Source of the DNA: Candidatus Saccharimonadota bacterium
GTDB taxonomy: Bacteria; Patescibacteriota; Saccharimonadia; Saccharimonadales; Saccharimonadaceae
Direction of reading: 5' to 3'
NCBI GenBank assembly: GCA_030445265.1
Contig: JAUCSC010000001.1
Span: 482,494 to 546,493, forward strand
Length of the DNA: 64,000 nt
The translations under genes were made by a program, and so were the position numbers. The notes under the pieces are model-generated. The model did not search any database and was not told where the DNA came from. It saw only the letters and a list, made by a program, of their open reading frames with translations. Positions 30,180 to 40,859 of the stretch are shown here, in pieces. Position 1 is the first letter of the stretch. The number at the start of each line of letters is the position of its first letter.

Positions 30180-32936
30180 TTAATACTTGAGGTAGGTCAT
30201 CTTCACAATCGATGGCTGGATATTGCTATGCGCTTCACCGCCACCAGATGGTTTCGTTTTCTGGCCAGGCGTGTACTGAGTTCCCGCATCTGCTGGCGGG
30301 TACTGGTTATTGAATGTATACCCTGTGAAGCTTTTATCATCGACAACACCAACAGTCAGCGTATGTGTATGCGAGGGGAGTTGGGCGACGGTTAACGTCT
30401 GCATCTTCGTACCGTACAGCTCTCCGATAGTGTCGAAGTCGGTGTCCGTATCACTCTTATTTACACTGACACGTCCTCTCGAATCCGGCACATTGAAGGT
30501 TGTTGACCCGTCGCCCGCACCAAACGTTGTTCCGAGGAGTGCAAATAGATTCGCGTATGTCGTACGAGACACGGCGGCACCATCTTCTGGTAAATAGCCG
30601 CTCGGTGTCGATCCGAGCCACGATTGAATCGATGATCCTACAATTGGGGATGAATTTGGGCTCGACAGTGTCGTATGCTTAATCGCCACCATCTTCACAA
30701 TCGATGGCTGGATATTGTTGTGGGCACCGCCGCCCCCGGTTGCCTGCGTCGTTTGACCAGGTGTATAGATACCGCCGGCGTCGGAAGGCGGATACTGGTT
30801 GGCGCCACCGGCAAAGTTTTTGTCGTCGGTATTTCCGATGATCAGCCCGTGAGAGTGAGCCGGAATTTGATTTAACGTTAATGTAACGGTTTTGGTGCCA
30901 AACTTTTCACCCATCGTGTCAAATTCTGTATCGGCAGTATTCTTGTTGACGGTGACACGTCCGCGTGAATCGGGTACATTGAAGGTCGTCGACCCATCAC
31001 CAACGCCATAAGTCGTACCAATTGCCGCATAAAGATTCGGATACGTCGAGCGCGACACAGCGGCACCATTCTCTGTTAAATATCCATTCGGTGACGCACC
31101 CCAGTATCCTTCAATCGATGTGCCAGCCGGCAATGTACTAATTGTTCCCGTTGGTGGACCGATATATTTAATAGCAGATAATTTAACAATGGATGGTTGC
31201 ACCTCATTATGACCCAACCCGCCGCCCGCCGCCTGCGTCGTGATATTTGACGCCACGGTGCCGGTTGCGTCACCTGGTGGGTACTGAGCGTTGGAGCTAA
31301 ATCCCGTAAAGTTCTGATCATCGACATCGCCGATAATAAGTGGGTGAGTATGACTCGGCATTTCTGGAATGGTCAGGATATGATTTTTTTCGCCGGATTT
31401 CTCACCGTATGTGTCAAATTCAGGATCTGACGGGCCAATCATGACGGTAGCGTAACCTCTTGAGTCGGGTAGGTTGAAGGTTGTCGACCCATCGCCGGCA
31501 CCGTAGGTCGTACCGATAAGAGCGAACAAGTCAGCGTAAGTCGTACGAGACACGGCGGCACCATCTTCTAAGAGATAGCCAGCTGGTGGGGCGGACCAAT
31601 ATCCTTGTATAGATGTACCCTTAGGAAAACCGTCATCGTCATACGGCTTTACAGTACGGTTCACGTAGGTTTCGGAAAATGTTCGCCATGCCGTGTTAGC
31701 ACTGGTGCGCACAAGTGATGTCTTGCCCGTCACGTTAAAATCTTTCGCCTCTCCAGCGGAATTGAGTGGGGGAGCACCTACCGTAAAGGTCGTTCGTATA
31801 TCCCCGTCGACGAGTACAGAGCACGTAGGGTCAATGGTGCATCCGCCAGCTGGAGCGCTGACAGAGGTGACCGAGAAAGTACCGCTCGCCGTAAAACGAT
31901 GGATCGTATTTCCACCTGAAGTAGTGACTGTACCTCCCGTAGCCGTAATTGTACCGGTAGGATAACTGACAATAACCACGCCAGAACCTCCGTTACCCCC
32001 AGATGTTCCTGAGCTTGCGCCGCCGCCACCACCGCCACCCCCGGTATTGGCCGTACCATTACTGAGGCTTGCGCCGCCGCCACCACCGCCATTACCGCCA
32101 GCAGCAAATACACCGGGGGGGCACGTAGGGCCGCCACCGCCACCACCGCCATACATGACGCTAGTACCCGTTATGGCGTTACTGATTCCAACGCCGCCGG
32201 CGCCAGCAGCGTTGTCAGCACCGACCGCTCCAACGCCGCCAGCGCCACCGCCACCACCGCCAGTACCGTTACAACCACCGAGAAAACCGTTCGCACCAGC
32301 GAAGCCTTGGCCTGCCGTACCAGCTGCACCAATGTTTCGCGCAGCATAGTCAGAGCCACCACCACCAGAACCTCCGGTAGTTGCGGCTGTTCCGCCGTCT
32401 CTCGATGCGCCACCACCACCACCAATGGCGGTGATTGTTCCGAAGACTGAATTAGCTCCGCTCGACCCTGGTCCCGTGGTAGCTGGTCCTGCCGCCCCGC
32501 CATCACCAACCGTCACCGTAATGACATTGCCTGCGGCAACATTGTAGTTCGTCGTGTACACAACGCCGCCAGCGCCACCGCCACCACCACCATTCGAGCC
32601 ACCACCGCCACCACCGGCGACAACAAGCGCCTGTAAGCCAGGTGCTGCACCAGAGCTCGGATCACCGCTACAGGTTGAATTAGGTCGGAGCGGACTAGCA
32701 TCACTCCACTGGGGAATATTATTATTCTGCGCCAGACAGGTACGCGCCATGGCTGCTCCAGCTTCAGCAGCTAAATCTGCCAGTTTCGTGTAGTACTGAT
32801 TACGAAGAGCCTTGCTGATTGACACGGTCAATTGGACAGCCGATAGCATGACAGCTATCATGACAATGGAAGCAATCAAGACAGTCGGCAATGCAAAGCC
32901 GCGCGCTGTTTTTTTCCGGCCGAGCATAAGCATCAT
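30180..32936 (-). CDS. PilX-like minor pilin/adhesin with a Gly-rich domain and three phage tail-collar domains
   Basis: KKTARG|FALPTVLIAS..., LAAEAGA motif; VVAGGGGGG-type Gly-rich block; three copies of GYLxEDGAAVSRTTYxxLF...GDGSTTFNxPDSRG...HNNIQPS. Confidence 0.8.
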   Translation of the reverse strand: MMLMLGRKKTARGFALPTVLIASIVMIAVMLSAVQLTVSISKALRNQYYTKLADLAAEAGAAMARTCLAQNNNIPQWSDASPLRPNSTCSGDPSSGAAPGLQALVVAGGGGGGSNGGGGGGAGGVVYTTNYNVAAGNVITVTVGDGGAAGPATTGPGSSGANSVFGTITAIGGGGGASRDGGTAATTGGSGGGGSDYAARNIGAAGTAGQGFAGANGFLGGCNGTGGGGGGAGGVGAVGADNAAGAGGVGISNAITGTSVMYGGGGGGGPTCPPGVFAAGGNGGGGGGASLSNGTANTGGGGGGGGASSGTSGGNGGSGVVIVSYPTGTITATGGTVTTSGGNTIHRFTASGTFSVTSVSAPAGGCTIDPTCSVLVDGDIRTTFTVGAPPLNSAGEAKDFNVTGKTSLVRTSANTAWRTFSETYVNRTVKPYDDDGFPKGTSIQGYWSAPPAGYLLEDGAAVSRTTYADLFALIGTTYGAGDGSTTFNLPDSRGYATVMIGPSDPEFDTYGEKSGEKNHILTIPEMPSHTHPLIIGDVDDQNFTGFSSNAQYPPGDATGTVASNITTQAAGGGLGHNEVQPSIVKLSAIKYIGPPTGTISTLPAGTSIEGYWGASPNGYLTENGAAVSRSTYPNLYAAIGTTYGVGDGSTTFNVPDSRGRVTVNKNTADTEFDTMGEKFGTKTVTLTLNQIPAHSHGLIIGNTDDKNFAGGANQYPPSDAGGIYTPGQTTQATGGGGAHNNIQPSIVKMVAIKHTTLSSPNSSPIVGSSIQSWLGSTPSGYLPEDGAAVSRTTYANLFALLGTTFGAGDGSTTFNVPDSRGRVSVNKSDTDTDFDTIGELYGTKMQTLTVAQLPSHTHTLTVGVVDDKSFTGYTFNNQYPPADAGTQYTPGQKTKPSGGGEAHSNIQPSIVKMTYLKY

Positions 32937-33029
32937 ATGCGACCAGTATACCGCTCTCACGGTCTATGCACAACCGGCTGACACATGCTATAATATTTAT
33001 AGAAACTTTTAGGCGAAAAGGATACTTAC

Positions 33030-33308
33030 ATGAGCGATGCAACGACACCACAGGTAATTGTTTACAGCACCAGCTGGTGCGCCTTCTGTCATACCGAGAT
33101 GCAATGGTTAGATAAATTAGGCATTCCATTTATCGCCAAGGACGTTGAAGCCGACAAAGAAGCGTACGATGAATTAATGGCAAAGAGTAATGGTGATTTT
33201 CGCGGTGTACCCGTGACCGATATCGCCGGAGATCTCGTGCTTGGTTTTGATCGCCCCAAGATCCAAGAAGCAATTAAGACCCACAATATTCAGCCGGTAG
33301 CCGCTTAA
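33030..33308 (+). CDS. Glutaredoxin-like (NrdH/YruB-type) protein
   Basis: WCAFC, GVP and GFD motifs. Confidence 0.88.
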   Translation: MSDATTPQVIVYSTSWCAFCHTEMQWLDKLGIPFIAKDVEADKEAYDELMAKSNGDFRGVPVTDIAGDLVLGFDRPKIQEAIKTHNIQPVAA

Positions 33309-33331
33309 CCATTCAGCGAGACGACGTCACG

Positions 33332-33358
33332 ACCGCTCCCGCAATAGGAGCGGTTTTT
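33332..33358 (+). terminator. Intrinsic terminator
   Basis: ACCGCTCC-loop-GGAGCGGT followed by Ts. Confidence 0.75.
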
Positions 33359-33372
33359 GCTATCATAGAATA

Positions 33373-34200
33373 ATGATCTCAAAAACCTTCGGCGAGACTG
33401 CCTATTGGCAATACGGAACTGTTGCCACCGGGCCTATCTTTGTACTGATCCATGGCTTCAGAGGAACGCACCATGGCCTCAGCGCGATTGCCGAGAGACT
33501 GAAGGGAACCGTCGTCGTGCCAGATCTGCCAGGTTTCGGCGAGTCCCAGGCGCTCAAGAGTCACCATATTGAAGACTACTCGAGCTGGCTTGATGATTTT
33601 ATTACCGCTATCGCCGGTCAGCAAACAATTGTTTTAATCGGGCATTCATTTGGGAGTATTATTTGTGCGCATTATGCCGCCACACACGGCGAGCGACTCA
33701 AACAATTGATACTGATAAACCCGATCGGTGAATCTGCCCTCAAGGGCCCTCGAAAAATCCTTACCGCCGGAGCGGTGCTCTTCTATAAGATAGGCCGCAT
33801 GCTACCAGACAAGTTAGCAAAACCTTGGCTTTCGAGTCAGCTGATGGTCGATACGATGAGCCATGTCATGACAAAGTCCAAAGACCCGACGCTAAAGGCT
33901 GACATTGTTGACCAGCACCGCCGGTACTTTAGCCGCTTTTCCAGTCCCGCATCACTCGATGAGGCTTTCCGCACGTCCGTCAGCAAAAGCGTACGTGATG
34001 TTGCACCACAGATTACGACGAAAACACTGCTTATCGCCGGCGAGCGAGATGATATCACATCAATCCGACAGCAGCAGTCGGTACATGCTTTGTTTACCAA
34101 TGCGACGCTTAAAATCATTCCCAATGTCGGGCACCTGACTCATTACGAAACGCCGGATCAGGTAGTAGAACTTATCGAAGCCTTTATCACACGGTCGTAG
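33373..34200 (+). CDS. Alpha/beta hydrolase
   Basis: IHGF, DLPGFG, GHSFG nucleophile elbow, GERD and GH. Confidence 0.9.
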   Translation: MISKTFGETAYWQYGTVATGPIFVLIHGFRGTHHGLSAIAERLKGTVVVPDLPGFGESQALKSHHIEDYSSWLDDFITAIAGQQTIVLIGHSFGSIICAHYAATHGERLKQLILINPIGESALKGPRKILTAGAVLFYKIGRMLPDKLAKPWLSSQLMVDTMSHVMTKSKDPTLKADIVDQHRRYFSRFSSPASLDEAFRTSVSKSVRDVAPQITTKTLLIAGERDDITSIRQQQSVHALFTNATLKIIPNVGHLTHYETPDQVVELIEAFITRS

Positions 34201-35342
34201 ATAAATTCAAAACGTTCAAGCGTCGTCGTGAGATTATGATGATTGGCAATTTCAAGGCTCTGTTTAGACATATGAGCACGCAGCGGGGGATTGGTGATCA
34301 CAGCCGTTAGTTTATCGGCAATTGTTTCGGCGTCATCCTGCGCGCACAAATAACCATTCTCACCGTCGTGGCAAAGCTCGGCCAGGGCACCGGCAGCTAC
34401 CGCGACAACCGGTTGACCGCTTGCCATAGCCTCCAGTGTTGCGATACTTTGAAGCTCGGCAGGGGATGGCATACAGAATACCGTCCCGACTTTATGCAGT
34501 TGCACCAAATCTTCATCACTGACTCGTCCGGTAAAAGTGATGTGCTTTGTAAGACCAAGATGTTCGGCCATAAAATGCAAACGCTCACTCTCGGTCCCGC
34601 TTCCGACAATTAATAGATGCGCTTCGTTGGACTGAATAACCGCAGCGAAGGCTTTTAGTAAAACAGGTAGATGTTTTTCGGCATCGAGCCGGCCGATGTA
34701 GGTAATAATCGGCGTTTTTGTCGGCAATTCATAGCGTTCATAGAGCGATACATCTATGTCTCGAGGCGTAAAATGTGCCAGGTCTATTCCATTTGAGACG
34801 GCTTCGATCGGGACAGTGATTTTCTCTGACTGCTTAAACATATCGATGGCCGCCTGCGTCGGAAGTGTCACATAGTCAGCTTTTGAGTGAAACCGCCTAC
34901 CATACTCCGAGAGCATATAGTTGATTGGACGAGCAACCGGTGCCAGAAGCTTCAGATTATCAAGCAGGTTTTCCGGCATTGCATGATTCGTACTGACAAT
35001 TGGGATACCGTACTTGTTGCCATAACGCATGGCTGCCTGACCAATCCACATCAACATCTGAATATGGATGACGTCAGGATCAAATTCTGTGATAATTTTT
35101 TTTACTTCGCGCTGTGGTGTCAGTGAAATTTTAAAGTTTTGATAAAAGGGAAAGGCGACCGAAGCGGTCCGTATAATGACGTGATTTCCGTCAACTTCCT
35201 TATAGCGTTTTCCGGTCTGACTGGGAGCGATGACCAATACTTCATGCCCGCGAGCAGCCAGCCCGCGAGCCAGGTTCCGGCTAAACGTTGCCACACCGTT
35301 GATCGTCGGGTAATGGAGGTCCGACGCGATAAGAATTTTCAT
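34158..35342 (-). CDS. GT4 glycosyltransferase (diacylglycerol glucosyltransferase-like)
   Basis: SDLHYPTINGV, GRLDAEK and ELQSIATLEAMASG. Confidence 0.88.
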   Translation of the reverse strand: MKILIASDLHYPTINGVATFSRNLARGLAARGHEVLVIAPSQTGKRYKEVDGNHVIIRTASVAFPFYQNFKISLTPQREVKKIITEFDPDVIHIQMLMWIGQAAMRYGNKYGIPIVSTNHAMPENLLDNLKLLAPVARPINYMLSEYGRRFHSKADYVTLPTQAAIDMFKQSEKITVPIEAVSNGIDLAHFTPRDIDVSLYERYELPTKTPIITYIGRLDAEKHLPVLLKAFAAVIQSNEAHLLIVGSGTESERLHFMAEHLGLTKHITFTGRVSDEDLVQLHKVGTVFCMPSPAELQSIATLEAMASGQPVVAVAAGALAELCHDGENGYLCAQDDAETIADKLTAVITNPPLRAHMSKQSLEIANHHNLTTTLERFEFIYDRVIKASISSTT

Positions 35343-35409
35343 ATTGGCTTATTATATCATGCGCTCCGTCGCCCAAAACGGTGTCCACCTCATGCTACAA
35401 TAATCGTGC

Positions 35410-36489
35410 ATGAAATTATTTTTTGACGCCCGCTATATCCGCACTGATTTTCATGACGGCATCAGCCGTTTTTCAATGGAGCTCGGGAATGCCATCGCTA
35501 GTCTTACTGATGTCACCTTTATTATTTCCGACCCCGCACAATTAATGAAGCTCCCGAAAAATGCTAATCATCTCTTAGTCCATGCGCCAGATTCTGCGAA
35601 GGAGCCGTTCACGGCCTACATCCTCAACCGGTATAAGCCCGACGTTGTATATTCACCGATGCAGACCATCGGCTCACTCGGCCGCAAGTTCAAGCTCATC
35701 GTAACGGTACATGATCTGATTTATTATCGGCATCGGACGCCGCCACAACAATACAGTACACTCCTTAAAGTCGGCTGGCGGCTTTACCACGCTACCTATG
35801 CCATCGAGCGCCAGGTGTTGAAGGGTGTTGATGTTGTCGCGACCGTTAGTCATACCGCCAAACAAGATATCCTGAAGGCTCGCCTAACCAAGAAACCAAT
35901 CGTGGTGGTGCCCAACGCACCGGAAGCATTATCCCATTACCTCAAACGTCCGGTCAGCCTGAAGGGCAGCCCGCGTAATATTGTCTATATGGGCTCGTTT
36001 ATGCCGTATAAGAATGTCGAGACGCTTGTGCGGGCGATGGATAGCTTACCGGAGCACCGCCTGCATCTCCTGAGCCGCATCAAAGAGGGCCGAAAAGATG
36101 AACTGCTCAAGCTGACTCAGCGGCCCGAAAACATTACCTTCCATAATGGCGTCAGCGATAAGCAATACGCCCAGCTCCTTGCCGACAAGGCCGTCCTTGC
36201 CAGTGCGAGTCTTGATGAAGGCTATGGGCTTCCCGTTGCAGAAGCATTGGCACTCGGCATCCCCGTCGTGGTTAGCGACATTCCGATTTTTCACGAAGTC
36301 GCAGGGAAAGGCGGCCTCTTCTTCGACCCTAAAAGTCCGGCGGAGTTTGCCGACATGGTCAAAAAACTTGATGATAAGGCTTTACGCACATCTCTCAATA
36401 AAAACGGCACACGGCACATAAGCCAATATGACTGGCGTAAATCCGCCCAAACCCTGTTAGAGACTATCGAGAACACTTTGCTACAATAA
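35410..36489 (+). CDS. GT4 glycosyltransferase
   Basis: TVHDLI, YKNV and EGYGLPVAEA. Confidence 0.88.
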   Translation: MKLFFDARYIRTDFHDGISRFSMELGNAIASLTDVTFIISDPAQLMKLPKNANHLLVHAPDSAKEPFTAYILNRYKPDVVYSPMQTIGSLGRKFKLIVTVHDLIYYRHRTPPQQYSTLLKVGWRLYHATYAIERQVLKGVDVVATVSHTAKQDILKARLTKKPIVVVPNAPEALSHYLKRPVSLKGSPRNIVYMGSFMPYKNVETLVRAMDSLPEHRLHLLSRIKEGRKDELLKLTQRPENITFHNGVSDKQYAQLLADKAVLASASLDEGYGLPVAEALALGIPVVVSDIPIFHEVAGKGGLFFDPKSPAEFADMVKKLDDKALRTSLNKNGTRHISQYDWRKSAQTLLETIENTLLQ

Positions 36490-36496
36490 GGGGAAT

Positions 36497-36964
36497 ATGG
36501 CAAAGAAGCAGAAGAAATCGTCCCCAGGTGTCGTCGTTAATCGCCGCGCACGCTTTGATTATGCCCTCGGCGATGAGCTCGTGGTTGGTATTGTTTTGAC
36601 TGGGCCAGAAGTCCGGGCTGCCCGTGACGGCCACCTTCAGCTCAAAGGTTCATTCGTTTCACTGAGAAATGGTGAACTCTGGCTCAACAATGCGAGTTTT
36701 AGCTTGCCAGGAACGACGGGCGCGCACGAGCGTACGATCGATACTTCACCGAGAAAATTACTGGCAAGCCGCCGTCAAATTGATGCCCTCGACAAAGAAA
36801 AACAGACGGGCCTCACGATTGTACCCCTAAAGCTACTGATTGCAGGGCGGTTTATTAAAGTCGTCATTGCCCTCGGAAAAGGCAAGAAACGCTATGACAA
36901 GCGCGAAACATTGAAGCGGCGCGATGAGAGTCGCGACGTCGCCCGAGCACTAAAGAACCGCTAA
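36497..36964 (+). CDS. smpB: SsrA-binding protein
   Basis: NRRARFDY, GIVLTGPEV, RKLL and GKGKKRYDKRE. Confidence 0.95.
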   Translation: MAKKQKKSSPGVVVNRRARFDYALGDELVVGIVLTGPEVRAARDGHLQLKGSFVSLRNGELWLNNASFSLPGTTGAHERTIDTSPRKLLASRRQIDALDKEKQTGLTIVPLKLLIAGRFIKVVIALGKGKKRYDKRETLKRRDESRDVARALKNR

Positions 36965-36992
36965 CTACCGGCGCGTGCACTATAATATAGAT

Positions 36993-37793
36993 ATGAAACT
37001 CTACTCCTGGAACGTCAATGGGATACGCGCCGTCATCAAGAAAGGCTCATTCCAGTCTTTTATTGCCGAACATCAGCCTGATGTCCTCTGTCTCCAAGAA
37101 ATAAAAGCCAAAGAAGGGCAGGCCGAAGTTGACCTGCAAGACTACCATGAATATTGGAACAGCGCCGAGAAAGCCGGTTACAGCGGCACGGCAATCTATA
37201 GCAAAATGAAGCCGCTTCAGGTCATTAATGGCTTCGCTCTCGACATCGCCGAGAAATATCAGCTTGCCGGCGACAGTTACGGCGACCCTGCTAAAGAAGG
37301 TCGGGTTCTCTCGGCAGAGTTTGATCATTTTTGGGTAGTGACCGTCTACACCCCAAATTCTAAAGATGATTTGTCCCGGCTCGAACTTCGTCATCAGCGG
37401 TGGGACCCGGCTTTTTTGGAGCATATTAAAGAGCTTGAAAAAACGAAACCAGTCCTTTTTTCGGGGGATTTGAACGTAGCGCATCAGGAAATTGATCTAG
37501 CGAATCCCAAGCCAAATATTGGCAAGCACGGTTTTACCAATGAAGAGCGCGAGGGTTTCACAAAATTTCTCGACGCTGGCTTCATCGATACGTTCCGCAC
37601 CCTCCACCCGGAACAGACAGACGCCTATAGCTGGTGGAGTCATTTCGCCAATGCCCGTGCGCGTAATGTTGGTTGGCGTATTGATTACTGGTTGGCCAGC
37701 GTTAGTTTGCAGGACAAAATCGTAGCGGCGAAGATCCACCCAGAGGTTCTCGGCTCGGACCATTGCCCGATCAGTGTTGAGGTGAATATATAA
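36993..37793 (+). CDS. xth: Exodeoxyribonuclease III
   Basis: SWNVNGIRA, LQEIK, GDLNVAH, GWRIDY and SDHCP. Confidence 0.95.
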   Translation: MKLYSWNVNGIRAVIKKGSFQSFIAEHQPDVLCLQEIKAKEGQAEVDLQDYHEYWNSAEKAGYSGTAIYSKMKPLQVINGFALDIAEKYQLAGDSYGDPAKEGRVLSAEFDHFWVVTVYTPNSKDDLSRLELRHQRWDPAFLEHIKELEKTKPVLFSGDLNVAHQEIDLANPKPNIGKHGFTNEEREGFTKFLDAGFIDTFRTLHPEQTDAYSWWSHFANARARNVGWRIDYWLASVSLQDKIVAAKIHPEVLGSDHCPISVEVNI

Positions 37794-37846
37794 CGGCGCG
37801 GTAGCAAAATAACGGTAAGCAGAAGGTGGGGGATAGGATACATATC

Positions 37847-38602
37847 ATGACGGAACAGACTGAAGCATTAATCATCCAAGAGCTCGCCGCTAAGCAGGAG
37901 TTATACGAGCCCGACCTTAGTGTTCAGGATATGCTTTCTCAAAAAGTCCTCACACTTGTTATTGGGCCGACTGCCGTCGGTAAATCAACGATCATTGAAC
38001 GCGTGCTAGCCCGACGACCGAGCTGGGCAATTGCCGGCACAACGACAACGAGACAACGCCGCGACGGCGATCCGGCCAATTACCATACGGCGACTGAAGG
38101 CATTACCAAGGAGCACATCATTGACCTCATTCATAACGGCGAGCTCGTTAATTATTCTGTTTTTCGAACGGGTCATATATATGGGACTCTGCCAGAGGAT
38201 TTTGTGGGCGATGTGTCACTTCTTCCCGCGTTACCAAGTAGCATTGCATCCCTCGGCAAAGCTGGCTTTAAACGACTGGAGCAAGCGTATGTCGTAACCA
38301 GCCCAGCGCCGTGGGAGCATTGGCTGAACGATCACGAACGAGCAGCTGACAATCTGCCAAAACGCTTACATGAAGCGGTCGACTCATTGGATTACGCTCT
38401 AGCCCATAAGGATGAACTGCACCCAGTGTTAAATAATGAAGATCCGGGCCGGCTCGAGCAAGCGGCAGAAGAGATTATTAGTCTGACCGAAAATGGTGAT
38501 ATTTTTATACCGGGATCTGAACGTAACCGCAGGTGGGCTCTTGTCGAAGAGTTGCAGCAATATGTTTTACAGAAGCTAGTAAGTAATTCAAGTCATGGAT
38601 AG
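37847..38602 (+). CDS. Guanylate-kinase-like P-loop protein
   Basis: GPTAVGKST, TTRQRRDGD and HIYGT. Confidence 0.65.
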   Translation: MTEQTEALIIQELAAKQELYEPDLSVQDMLSQKVLTLVIGPTAVGKSTIIERVLARRPSWAIAGTTTTRQRRDGDPANYHTATEGITKEHIIDLIHNGELVNYSVFRTGHIYGTLPEDFVGDVSLLPALPSSIASLGKAGFKRLEQAYVVTSPAPWEHWLNDHERAADNLPKRLHEAVDSLDYALAHKDELHPVLNNEDPGRLEQAAEEIISLTENGDIFIPGSERNRRWALVEELQQYVLQKLVSNSSHG

Positions 38603-39383
38603 TAGCTATTGGCGGCGCCAAGATCCGGACAAAGCGCTTTTTCCTGATATCGAATGGAGTAAGCCAGAGCAACGCTCGATGGCTGGCCGTTTGGGCATTA
38701 TCGGTGGCAACAAGCTCGGCTTTGCCGGCGTCGCCGATGCCTACGAGACGGCCAAAGCAGCCGGTGTCGGTGATCTTCGAGTGCTCCTGCCAGACGCTCT
38801 TCAAAAAACGATTCCGCGGACCATTATCGATACGGTCTTTGGCCCGACGACCTTATCTGGCAGCCTATCAAAAGAAGCGCTCGATGAAATGCTCGCGCTC
38901 GGAGACTGGGCACAGGCCACGCTTCTTATCGGTGACGCCGGACGTAACAGCGAAACGGCTATTGCCTACGAAGCATTCGTGACTCGTTACCAAAAACCAT
39001 TGATTATCACTCGAGACGCCGTCGACCTTGTCAAGAATGCCTCGACCTTACTTGTTGAACGACCCGAAACCCTCCTGGTCGTCGCTTTCGCGCAGCTGCA
39101 GAAGCTGTTTCAGGCCGTCTATTACCCAAAGATTTTAACATTCAGCATGCAGCTCGCAAGCTTAGTAGAAGCGGTCCATAAATTCACGATCACATACCCC
39201 GTGACTATCGCCGTCTTGCACAAAGAGCATTTCGTCATCGCCCATAACGGTCAAGTTGTGAGTATGCCATGGGATAATCCGATGGCCATATGGCGGGGAA
39301 GTGTGGCGACTCGAGCAGCCACCTACTGGCTCTGGAACCCTGGCAAACCACTTGAAGCAATCAGCGAAAGCATCCGGACATAA
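38595..39383 (+). CDS. Ribokinase-like / NnrD (YjeF-C)-like conserved protein
   Basis: GRLGIIGG..GFAG, AGVG and LIGD pattern; divergent. Confidence 0.5.
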   Translation: MDSSYWRRQDPDKALFPDIEWSKPEQRSMAGRLGIIGGNKLGFAGVADAYETAKAAGVGDLRVLLPDALQKTIPRTIIDTVFGPTTLSGSLSKEALDEMLALGDWAQATLLIGDAGRNSETAIAYEAFVTRYQKPLIITRDAVDLVKNASTLLVERPETLLVVAFAQLQKLFQAVYYPKILTFSMQLASLVEAVHKFTITYPVTIAVLHKEHFVIAHNGQVVSMPWDNPMAIWRGSVATRAATYWLWNPGKPLEAISESIRT

Positions 39384-39433
39384 AATCTTGGAACGACCAA
39401 GCATCTCCATCGTACTAGCTGTTTTTTACTAAC

Positions 39434-39520
39434 TGGTACCGCGAGCCGGACTTGAACCGGCACGTCCTAATGGACACCAGATTTTGAGTCTAGCGTGTCT
39501 ACCTATTCCACCATCGCGGC
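39434..39520 (-). tRNA. tRNA-Leu(CAA)
   Basis: Acceptor GCCGCGA/TCGCGGT; CTAGA-CTCAAAA-TCTGG; long variable arm; GGTTCAAGTCC; CCA. Confidence 0.95.
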
Positions 39521-39641
39521 ACGAGTTATTAAAAAACAGTTGTTGGGTTACGCTGACATCACACCATAGTAAGCATAGCCGCTTTCGACAACCGTGAAGT
39601 ACTAATGTATTGTACAATATAAGGTAATAGGAATCTATAAA

Positions 39642-40850
39642 ATGAACCCCGAACCATCTGCACATCCAGTTCCCGCTAACGACACGCCAGCCGTGCCGAA
39701 TTCTGTTACGCCGCAAGTAGTTGAGGTTTCTGAAGACAATCAATTGCAGCGCGACGCCGCCGTGTCAATCCTCCGTTCCAAAATAGACACGCTGTACCAG
39801 ACCGGCACTCCTCATGTTGAAGCCGAGCCAAAAAATCCATACGCCAGGACTCATGCCCAGCATGTTGATCCGACTGCTGACCAATGGAAGCAGTATCATA
39901 CCGCCTGGCAAAATTATTACCAGAAATATTACGAACGATACTATACCGAACATTTAAAAAAATCGCAGGCGAGCCTAGCTGCACAAAAACAAAGCGCATT
40001 GCCAGATGCTAATGGTATTTTTTCCAAACAGCTCGATACGCCAACAACACCACGCTCAGAGTCGATCAGCAAGGACGAGGCGCTACTTGATCTTCGCAGT
40101 AAGCTGCGCTCGCAGGTCACGGAACGCGCTAAAAAATTCCGCAGGAGCAAACATTTTGTTCCGCTAACAGCCGCCATCATCGTGATTTTGCTTTTTGTAT
40201 TTCTTCAGTACAATCGTACCTTTATCGCGGGCGTTCAAGCCTATGTATCACCGGGCAGTATCGATCCTCAGAATATCGTCATCGATCCATCAGCTGCTAT
40301 TGCCGTGGGGCCCGAGTCGAGATTAATTATTCCGAAAATCAATGTTGACGTGCCGGTCGTATATGACGTCGGCAATGATCATGATTCACAAATGGCGGCC
40401 ATGGAAAAAGGCGTGGCTCATTTTGCCATCCCGGGAGCAGATAGCCATCCAGGTGAGTTCGGGAACACCGTCATCGCAGGACATAGCAGTAACGACCTGT
40501 TCGATCCCGGTGACTATAAATTCATTTTTGCTCAGCTCGAACGCCTGCAGACCGGTGATAGTATTTACGCCAATTACGGCGGCATCCGTTATACGTATAT
40601 CGTTACTCAGACCGAAACAGTCAGGCCTTCACAGGTTGATAAGCTTGTATATACAGCGAGCAAACCCAACCTTATTTTAATCACCTGTACACCAGTAGGC
40701 ACCGCCCTGAATCGATTTCTGGTGACGGCTGAACAAGTGAGCCCAGACCCGACTGCATCCGACCCTGCACCGGTGTCTTCATCAAAAGCAACGTCGACAG
40801 GTATACCGGGTAATTCACCGACACTGCTCGAACGTCTCTTTGGCGCTTAG
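39642..40850 (+). CDS. Sortase with a long N-terminal cytoplasmic extension
   Basis: TM near aa 172-190; LIIPKI, GNTVIAGHS and LITCTP..R (His-Cys-Arg). Confidence 0.9.
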   Translation: MNPEPSAHPVPANDTPAVPNSVTPQVVEVSEDNQLQRDAAVSILRSKIDTLYQTGTPHVEAEPKNPYARTHAQHVDPTADQWKQYHTAWQNYYQKYYERYYTEHLKKSQASLAAQKQSALPDANGIFSKQLDTPTTPRSESISKDEALLDLRSKLRSQVTERAKKFRRSKHFVPLTAAIIVILLFVFLQYNRTFIAGVQAYVSPGSIDPQNIVIDPSAAIAVGPESRLIIPKINVDVPVVYDVGNDHDSQMAAMEKGVAHFAIPGADSHPGEFGNTVIAGHSSNDLFDPGDYKFIFAQLERLQTGDSIYANYGGIRYTYIVTQTETVRPSQVDKLVYTASKPNLILITCTPVGTALNRFLVTAEQVSPDPTASDPAPVSSSKATSTGIPGNSPTLLERLFGA

Positions 40851-40859
40851 TCAGTTCTT

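Noticed and set aside
30180-32936. Prophage suggested by the tail-collar domains
   Set aside because: No capsid, terminase, portal or integrase genes; the domains are fused to a pilin-type N-terminus between housekeeping genes.
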